Position numbers and translations under genes: made by a program
Assembly: GCF_000400465.1 (NCBI RefSeq)
Contig: NW_008806287.1
Coordinates: 300,001-332,000, forward strand
Reading direction: 5' to 3'
Length of the DNA stretch: 32,000 nucleotides
Source: Wallemia ichthyophaga EXF-994
Lineage: Eukaryota; Fungi; Basidiomycota
The notes under the pieces: generated by a model
Seen by the model: the letters and a program-made list of their open reading frames with translations, nothing else
What the model was told of the DNA's origin: nothing
Database searches by the model: none
Shown: piece by piece, positions 12,609-21,337 of the stretch
How positions within the stretch are numbered: position 1 is the first letter of the stretch
Layout: the number at the start of each line of letters is the position of its first letter

Positions 12609-13979
12609 TCACTTGGGATCCTCCACCCCCTTATACTCAAACACAGTCCTTCTCAACCTCTTGAAAGCTTCCTCGGCATCTTCTATCGACGCCATCGAGT
12701 AGCTCAGCCGTGTGTATGGGGTGACACGCGGAGTTGGGTAGAAGACCACACCTGGGAGGGCAATTACACCGTTGTTGATTGCCCTCTCTTTGATCACTTC
12801 GTTGCTGTCGTCGCAATCCAGTTTAAGCCACAGGAACATTCCGGCAGTTGGGGTCACCCAGCTAGCGATATCGCTCATATGTTTAGCAGCTGCGCCCTCG
12901 AAAGCGTCGCGCTTGACTCTATAGAAGTCTGCAACTCGCGCCACATGGTTGAGCAGTCCGTCTATTCCCCAGTGCGCAAATAATGCCTGTACTATAGCCT
13001 GTGATGTGGAATTTGGTTGAAGATTTGCAGCTGAAGTGTGCAGATCCATCGCTTTAATTATCTCCTGTGGTCCTGTTGCCCAGCCAATTCTGATCCCCGA
13101 TGAAAGAACCTTGCTCATCGAATCGAGTCGCAGAACTCTGCCGCGCTCCCCGCCGAGTTGCTTCTCCAGTGCAAAGTAAGAAGGCACCCTCTCACCGTCG
13201 AAAGTGAGGAAATAGTATGGATCGTCTTCAAGAATAAGGAAATCGTGTTTGCGTGCTAGGTTGAGTATATCTACTTTCCTTTGTTTACCGGCAGAAGCAC
13301 CAGATGGGTTGTTACCAGTGGGGACAGTGTAGACGAGTTTTGGGCGTGGTTTGTCTTGTGGCCAGTTGTCCATGACTTGCGCTAGTTTCTCAGCGGACAT
13401 GCCCTGCTCATCGCACTCAATCTCAACAAACTGAGCACCAGCGATGGTCATTTCTGGGATGGCGCCCGTGTATACAGGTGACTCAATAAGAACGTAGTCA
13501 CCTTGCTCAATTAGTGCAGCACATGCCTTTGTGAAAGCGTCTTGGGAACCGTTTGTGATTGTGATTGCGAAATCATCCTCACCTGCCTCACAACGACGGC
13601 CGTGAACGTGGTTTTGGAGGTCAGAAACGAATTTGTGAAGTCTTGGTAGACCACATGTAGCAGTGTACTGTAATGCCTCCGCGAGATCTGGACCTGCATT
13701 GATTTCAAGTTTCGGGTGGGGAGCTCCCGGGGAAACAGGCTTAAGGGAGACTGTGATGTTTTCAAAGGGGAATGTTTCTGGGCTGAATAGGTAAGAATAT
13801 TGCGTATAAACCACGCATTCAACTCACTTTGGTTTACCAGCCAGCAAAGAAATCATACCAGGCTTATTCTCAAGCGGGAAAAGGGCTCTGATAGCTGATG
13901 GGTGTCTTGATTTAGCTTGGGCAGTGAGCCAATTATCGTAATGCGTTGAATCCAGCTGAGAAGAAGGTTGACAAGTCAT
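12609..13979 (-). CDS. PLP-dependent aromatic amino acid / 2-aminoadipate aminotransferase (Aro8/AADAT-like)
   Basis: SLLAGKPNPETFPF restored across intron 13783-13827; TNGSQDA, NNPSG, EDDPYY, DSMSKVLSSGIRIG (PLP lysine), GMFLW. Confidence 0.92.
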
Positions 13980-14049
13980 TTCTCGTCGTCGATAAGGCTC
14001 TATAAGATTGGGATAGCTTGTAAGTGTAAATTTAAAAATGAAAAATGCA

Positions 14050-14082
14050 TCAAATATCAATCAAATATCAATTAAATATCAA
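14050..14082 (+). repeat. Tandem 11-mer x3 (TCAAATATCAA)
   Basis: tcaaatatcaa tcaaatatcaa ttaaatatcaa, directly after the p23 stop codon. Confidence 0.8.
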
Positions 14083-14698
14083 TCAAGGCTTCTTTTCTTC
14101 ATCTTCTTCTTCGTCTGGCTGCTCACCACCGCCGCCTTGTGCTTGGCCAAGTTGTTGCATCATCTGACACAAAATTAGCTCTATTTAATCAAAATCGCCA
14201 ACACCACTCACAGCTTGGAGATCCATTTGACCACCACCTTCACCACCAGGCATATCCATACCTTCCATAGGGTTTGGCTCTTGTACACTGTCTTCCTGCT
14301 CGTCCTCATCGACGTAGAGTGACCAATCAACGATAACAAAAGGAAGCTTGACTTTCTCCTTCTGCAAGCGTGGCCAGTACTCAGCTCTTGGTGTGGATTT
14401 GAGCAGCGTGAGTGTAATACCCTTACCAGTCCTGTTTACTCTGATTGGCTTGTCGAGTACGCTATCAAACAAGTTTATCTCAAATCCATATTCCTTGCCG
14501 TTTGATGTTGCTTGAAAGCTTATCTTCTCCGGAGTCAAATCGAGCTTTGGTGTGCCTTCAATGTCACTCAAGTTAATAGTGACGAAGAGTAGATTCCTGT
14601 GCAAATTGTTAAGCGTGTAAAACACACAATCCTTTCACTAACTTCTCTGCTTCAGTTTCTGAGCTTCTTTGCGCCCACTTTACTTCTGGATGTTGCAT
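14083..14698 (-). CDS. SBA1: Hsp90 co-chaperone p23 (Sba1/Wos2)
   Basis: MQHPEVKWAQR...EYWPRLQKEKVKLPFVIVDWSLYVDEDEQ, then an M/G-rich and acidic tail. Introns 14597-14642 and 14164-14211. Confidence 0.92.
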
Positions 14699-15045
14699 AA
14701 TGATCGTACAAGTTGAAGAAACTTGAAGAAGCTTTTTGATCGTTTGGCGTATATCCTCGTAAATACTTCGCTTTATATCATTTATTGTGCAATACATATC
14801 ACTCTCCAACCACCCGCTCCTCTTCCTCTATCACTCCGTCTGTTTTGCTAACCACTTGCGTCATCCGCCGTGGCCCAATGCCTTCATTTTCTCGTAATGC
14901 TAAATGTATAAACTTTTAAAAGCCTTATAGGGATTACGCTTTGCCTTAATTACTCCATGATAAAATAAAGGCAAAAAGTCTTAATCAGATTTTGCTATTG
15001 AAGAATTGCGCTTTAGGTGAACAGTATTAACTGTTACAATTAGAA

Positions 15046-15053
15046 TTATATAT
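15046..15053 (+). promoter_or_regulatory. TATA-like element upstream of the permuted tRNA
   Basis: TTATATAT, 32 nt before the first base of the tRNA 3' half. Confidence 0.55.
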
Positions 15054-15085
15054 CAGTTCGAAATAATTCAATGGGAGTAGCTGAT

Positions 15086-15161
15086 ATCGAAAGGTTGCAG
15101 GTTCGAGCCCTGCGTCGGTCACCACGGCCGGCTGGCTCAATGGTAGAGTATTCGACTACGG
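15086..15161 (+). tRNA. Circularly permuted tRNA-Arg(ACG): 3' half (15086-15121), CCAC linker, 5' half (15126-15161)
   Basis: The halves reassemble into a full 72-nt cloverleaf. Acceptor GGCCGGC/GTCGGTC + A73; D-arm GCTC-AATGGTA-GAGT; anticodon stem TTCGA/TCGAA with loop CT-ACG-G|A; variable AGGTT; T-arm GCAGG-TTCGAGC-CCTGC. Confidence 0.9.
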
Positions 15162-15168
15162 CTAAAAC

Positions 15169-15178
15169 TTTTGTTTTT
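15169..15178 (+). terminator. Pol III oligo-T terminator
   Basis: TTTTGTTTTT starting 8 nt after G37 of the tRNA 5' half. Confidence 0.7.
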
Positions 15179-15603
15179 ACTGTCCATTTTACAGCTCTAC
15201 CGGAATTATCTTTACAGACGCGTTATTATGGGCTAATATTTATATATTTTTGAGTTGCGCGTCTTCAACTAAACGCTTCTTTTCTTTTCGTTGATTTCAT
15301 GTATAAATAAGCTCTTACGCGTGCGCAAGTGTAAGCTAGACGCGCAAAAAGTTAAACAGATAGCAACAAAGACTTAGTGCTAAAACGTGGATCTATTTTT
15401 ATATGCATGTTCCTGCTTTGAATTGGTGACATGCACAATTTATGTCGTAGGAGCAGCGAACAATGCGCAATGCGCAACGCGTTAGTGTAGAATAATTAAC
15501 AAAAAACCTTGATACACTATTTTAAAAAGAGATAAATTTTGACTTTGTTTTCATGAACTGATTTCACCACTGTCTTCTTGAATAACATCAACGATAAACC
15601 AAA

Positions 15604-17050
15604 ATGAGTCGCCCAGAAAACGTTGGAATTAAGGGAATAGAGATTTATTTCCCAAAGAGAGTTAGTTGAGGTGGTTCTGGTACTTCTCTCAGCTCACACA
15701 CCGCACAGTGCATCTCAGAAACTGATTTAGAGCAATTTGACGGCGTTTCTGCTGGAAAGTACACTATCGGATTCGGACAGCAATACATGGCTTGCTGCGA
15801 TGACAGAGAAGATATCAACTCTTTCGCCTTGTCCGCCGTCGATGGCCTTCTCAAGAAGTACAACGTCGATCCAAAATCTATTGGCAGATTGGAAGTTGGC
15901 ACTGAAACTGTCATCGATAAATCCAAATCTACAAAGACTGTCTTAATGGACTTGTTCAAGGATTCTGGCAACACTGACATTGAGGGTCAGTCAAACGTTT
16001 GCTTTCTTTACCATTTCTCATTTACCTACAGGTGTTGACACTAAGAATGCTTGTTACGGCGGTACCTCAGCCCTCTTTAACGCTGTCAATTGGGTTGAAT
16101 CTTCTAGCTGGGACGGCAGAGACGCTATCGTCGTAGCCGGTGACATTGCCATTTACGCTGAAGGTTCTGCTAGACCTGTCGGTGGTGCAGGCTGCGTTGC
16201 CATGCTCATTGGTCCAAACGCACCAATCGTTCTTGAGCCTACTCACGGTACATACATGACAAACGCATGGGACTTCTACAAGCCAGACCTCAACTCTGAA
16301 TACCCAGAAGTAGATGGCCCACTCACTATTGACTGCTACTTTGGATCTCTCGACAACTCGTACGACTCGTACCGCGAGAAATACTCCAAGCGCACCCAAA
16401 CCAACAAGCAAGACGTTAAGGGTGACAACTTTGACTTCATGGTCTTCCACTCTCCATACGGCAAACTTGTCCAAAAGGGTCATGCCAGACTCACCTACAA
16501 CGACTTTGTATCCAACCCCTCCCTGCCAAAGTTTGAGGGTATCGATCAAGCTATCGCTTCAGTACCAAAAGCAAAGACGTACTTTGACAAGGCAATCGAA
16601 AAGACATTCATGACTGCCGCTAAGGATGCCTACAGCAAGCAAGTTGAGCCTTCTTCAACTACCTGCAAGCGTCTCGGTAACATGTACACTGGTTCTCTCT
16701 ACGGTGGTCTCGCATCTCTCCTCTCCAACGTCAACTCGGATGACTTGCAAGGAAAGAGAGCGGGTATGTACTCTTACGGATCTGGATGTGCTGCATCCTT
16801 CTTTGCTGTCAAATTCGTCGGATCTACAAAGCAAATTGCTGATGCGGTCGATTTACACAAGCGTCTCGACTCGATGAAGGTTGTTCCTGTGACTGAATAC
16901 GTTTCTTCCCTCAAAACTCGTGAGGAGAATCACAACGCAAAGTCTTATGCTCCTAAAGGTCAAATTGAAAACATATGGGGTGGTGCTTACTACCTCGACA
17001 ACATTGACGAAAAATTCCGTCGTCACTACAAACAAGCTCCACTCGCATAG
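15604..17050 (+). CDS. ERG13: Hydroxymethylglutaryl-CoA synthase
   Basis: MSRPENVGIKGIEIYFP, LEVGTETVIDKSKS, DTKNACYGGT (catalytic Cys), FHSPYGKLVQK, GNMYTGSLY. Introns 15661-15708 and 15986-16031. Confidence 0.97.
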
Positions 17051-17254
17051 ATTGAGTGATCGTGTTTTGTTGAACCGCTGCAATGCCACACCCAATTGAT
17101 AGAAAAACCTTTGTTTAGATAACATTTGTATTAGCAGTATATTCCATTTCTTAGGATTAAAAGGTTGTGTTTGGTTTTTTTGGTTGCTCATACACGCTAC
17201 CTCACCTACAAAAATCACAATACGATCATGCAATACAACATAAATAAGACACTC

Positions 17255-19489
17255 TCACATACTTTCAAACAACAAATTAGCCGCCATTTCCGTATTTTTC
17301 TCACAAGCAAGATAGCATTGCTTGGCTTGTTCAAAGTCAAATCCACCAAATGAACAGAGCTGTGTGATGTTAGTTTTACTCCATTTACTCGCTAACCTTC
17401 ACTCACATTCTCAATTGCCTCTCTGTCTGAAGGTGAGACGTCGACTTCTCTTTGTTCTTGCTCTCTTTGCTCTCTTTCCTGTCTAGCCGTCTGTTCAGAA
17501 GCTGCAAGAACGTCATGAGGAATATCTTCAGCCTCATTTAAACTTTGTGCATTCGCAGCTGTAACGTGTTAAATGGGAATCAACCATATAACTTAACTCC
17601 CACCTTGTGTACTAGCCTGCTCACGAGCAATGGCCATAAGATTCAGCCAGCTGCTGCTCTTCAACAATTTCTCCAAATCTCTTTCATCCCTATTGATACC
17701 AACCTTCAATGCCAATCTAGATTCATCCGCACTGAACATTCCAGATGGCTCCAAGAAAGCAATCAGATGCCAATCATTGAGTATATCACAAAGCGCCTCC
17801 TTCTTTTCATTAGTGACACTTTCAAGGTCAACATCATCCGAATTATGGAAACCCAATCCAGTACTCTCAGAAACAACTGGCAAGAAAGTCGAGATAAGCT
17901 TGCTGACAGACTGATCCTGGAAACCTTGTCTGTTTTCTATTGGAAATACGCTGCTCTTAAACACCGGGTTGGACTGGTTAGGGAAACCGTGTGTGAGATT
18001 AACAAGCAGATATTCCACAGGGAAGCACGGTTTAGCGTTCTTTTTAACATCTATTCCGTACTCATTTTTGTAGCGGTAAAACACATCGGGAATGTACTTT
18101 CCCGGTTTAGACTCTTTCATACGCAGCGTTGATGGCTCGACGGATGGTTCGACGATATCTGCATCGATGAGTGCCATTCCTTGATCAGAGATTTGGAATG
18201 CAGATATATCAATACCGCCATTCTGCGTGCCACTGAGCACGCAAGTGATAAATCTTGAGTTGAATCTACCACTCTTGGATTGTGTTGTTTGTAACTTGTG
18301 TTGATTCTGTAAGTGTCCCGCGAAACACAACTCCAATGAAGATAAAAAGAAACTGTCTTTGTGGCGCTTGAATAGTGGTGACTGAGTGCCCGGTGGTTGG
18401 GAGAGATCGGAGTATATCATACCGAGTACCTCTAATCCAGCATTCTGCGCCAATTCAACGACCCTCTCTTGATCTTCCCATGGTAAGCCGAGAGTCATAC
18501 CGTCGACTTCACCTTCTTGTGGGATCTCATGCACCGCTTCGACGACGGCCTTAATACCCATAGGCACAGCTTCATATGGTGCATATCTACCGAGCAGAAT
18601 ACCAAATCTCTGCAAACCAGAAGCGCGCCAGAAGTTCAGCAATCCTTCAACCAAACCAGGAGAGGAAAATTCGACATGATCGAGCATTCTGTATTCCTGG
18701 ACTTGGAGAGTGATAGCGTTAGGAACCCACTGCTTAAATTTAAAGTCCAATTCTTCTAAAGGTGGTAGCTGCGCGACAGAGGAGGTTGGTGGATTACTAT
18801 CTTTGAGTTTACGAAGGTATGCGTGAAATGATAAGTGCTTTATGTTCTGCTGAGCTTGGTATTCTTTGTCGTAAGGCTGAGGAAAAGTGAGAGTGATAAA
18901 TGGAATACAATCAACGCACCTCGATTGGAAGTGTGTTTAGATTACCTTCCCTCGAAGAAGACGACGTCTGGCGAGGTATCTTACCAGACTGCCTAAACCA
19001 ATGCGCGTCGATTGGATGGTCTTTTACGAGTTGCCACGGTCTAGCGGGAAGGCTAGAAGTAGTACCAGAAGCAGTGCTAGAGGATTGCGCTGGCTCTGGC
19101 ACTTTTGCAGAGGAGGCGAAAAGAAGATCACCGTGCCTAGGAAGAGTGCTAATCAGCTAAATTCCTTGTAAATCCTATCAATCCACGCACTTTATACCCA
19201 AATCGGATAACTTCCTCTTTGAGAGTGACGACAGCTGAGTCTCACCACCCCTAGGCTCATTTGAGAGCGATAGCGTGTGCTTATCGAGTGTAGGTGCACT
19301 CTCTATAATCTACACTTTCCGTCAACGCGAATCCACGCCACCTGCGCTGCTACCCACTCTATCTCCCAGCAATTCGATCGAATCATCTCCACTCAAATCG
19401 AATCTGAATGTTCCTTCAGCTGAGCGTATTCTGACAATCTAAATGACGCCATTAGCGTGTCTATGTGTACTAGCACTCCCACCAACCAT
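17255..19489 (-). CDS. NPL4: Cdc48 cofactor Npl4 with atypical architecture (no zf-Npl4 zinc fingers; C-terminal UBA)
   Basis: UBL MIVRIRSAEGTFRF...LGIKHGDLLF; KHLSFHAYLRK; AITLQ..EYRMLDHVEF; QRFGILLGRY; GMIYSDL; FLSSLE; SRFITCV; FPVEYLLVNLTHGFP; FPIENR. Six GT-AG introns; first exon is ATG only. Confidence 0.93.
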
Positions 19490-19545
19490 TTCAACGTCAA
19501 TGTAAACCCTAAAGAGATACAACATTCATATATTTCTTAAAATTA

Positions 19546-21128
19546 TCACATTATCATACAGTTGACATCTTCTATCCCATTCTCCTCCATGTGCTCCTTC
19601 TGGGCTTCTTTGTCGTTCGCTTTCGCTTTCGCGCGGACTTCCTTTGGAAAATACAGCTCCATGAAACCAACGAGGGCTTGATCGAGATTATCTGAATGAC
19701 TGTCTGAGTAAGTGCTTATCTGACGATCGCCGACTCACTTCTATTCGCTGACATCACTACAGGTGCCCTACACAATGGGCAATCTGACTGGCCGCGCTTT
19801 TGCATCTTGACGAGGCATCTAACGCAGAATATATGAGTGCAGCTACATAATTTGTTAGCTTGTTTCAAACATGAATACACCTAACTCACTTTAACCTAAT
19901 TGGCTTTGTTTGTTTTGTTAGCAGCACCCTACCACAACCAATGCACCCACCTTAAACGCAATCTCTTGGCATATTAAACAATTGTAATCGTCTATAGACG
20001 GGATTATTGGTATCAATGTCTCCGTCAGCCTCGCAAGAAGTACTCTAGGCAAGCTGATAGTGTAGAATGTCCAACCGAAGTTAGAGTTCTTGGAACTAGT
20101 TGCAGACTGCAACGCGCTCCCTTCGACACCAGCGAAAGAGTAGAAAGAATCCGTAGGCAGTGCTGTCATTTTCATGTGTTTCTTGAGTATTTTCCGCGCT
20201 GCTTCAAGATTCGCAGTATAGAACTTTTTAATCTCGAGCAAAGCCATATTCAGTTCCAAGAACTGATCAAGAGCCTGCCGTGATCGCTTTGACTTCATAG
20301 TCCGACTATCACCTAGTCCACGCTTGACGACCTCAGCAGCGAATGCATTCAGACGTATCTCCGCACTCTCTACATCCCTTTCACCCCGACTAGACTCAGT
20401 TATACCTTCATATATTGCAGATTCCACCCAGAGCGTGAAAATCTCCCGCCACGCGTATAAATCATTCGTCTTCTTCTTGTGCAAACCGAATGTCGAATGA
20501 TTTACCGCACTCGGTCCTGTTACACCTGTTATGGCATTACATAGCGTCTCTACCTGCGTGGCGAACTTCTTCTTTTCAACCATTTGCAGCGCCTCGAGCT
20601 TATCGAATGCAGCTGTGAGTGCGCCCAAGAACTTTGCATCCGCGTTGAGGGGTATGTGAATTTCTTTGTTGGATGGATCTGTGCCATCTGTGAATATTTC
20701 TTCCATATTGTCCTGATGCTGCTTATCAAGGTCCTTGTTTGAGGTACTTGACGTACTCGCGGTGACGGCATCTAAACCGGAAGAGCCCTTCTGAAGGTTG
20801 TAGAGACTCAACCACTCCTCCCTGCTATCATTATCATTGAACTGTACAATAAGTCGAGGCTGTGGCTGATTCAATGGCCCGTCAAGGACATATTCGATGT
20901 GGGTATCTTCCGTTTTCCTCAAAAGCAAATCGAGCAACTTCGATTTATTCAATCCGATCATGTTAAGCTCCTCGACGACATCCGTTAGAAGCTTTTTAAG
21001 GTGCTTATACTCGATGCTGTTCTCCTGCCACTCTGTGGGGAAAGTTAGTGCGATGTGGCACGTGAAGTATAACACACACCCTCTGGGAATTCTTCATTTA
21101 GCTGCTCAAATTGTTTCCCGTATTTCAT
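19546..21128 (-). CDS. SPX-RING (C3HC4) E3 ubiquitin ligase, Pqr1/Spx1-like, ending in CAAX
   Basis: MKYGKQF...PEEWQENSIEYKHLKK (SPX). The RING CLIC..KPIRLNCTHIFCVRC...CPLC is assembled through a 14-nt microexon (19890-19903). Ends NCMIM*. Confidence 0.88.
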
Positions 21129-21337
21129 TGCTTGGATGCATACGATTCGCGTTTCACGTTGATATTTTTTGATAGCACTTAAGCAACCCCAGTTACACTA
21201 GCTTTACTCAGTTTGGTATGTGGTACAAGGGCTTGAAATGCTCGAGGAAATTATTCCATTCAGCGCACGTTGCTTAGGTTTGTCTTGGAAATTTTATACT
21301 TGAATTTTTTTGTAAAAATAGCGCGTAAATGCATATT

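Noticed and set aside
15086-15161. Alternative reading as remnants of two tandem normal tRNA genes
   Set aside because: No 5' half upstream and no 3' half downstream; the halves are 4 nt apart, mutually complementary, and bounded by TATA and terminator.
15071-15253. 60-aa ORF from the track
   Set aside because: It overlaps the permuted tRNA and has no protein features; a chance frame.
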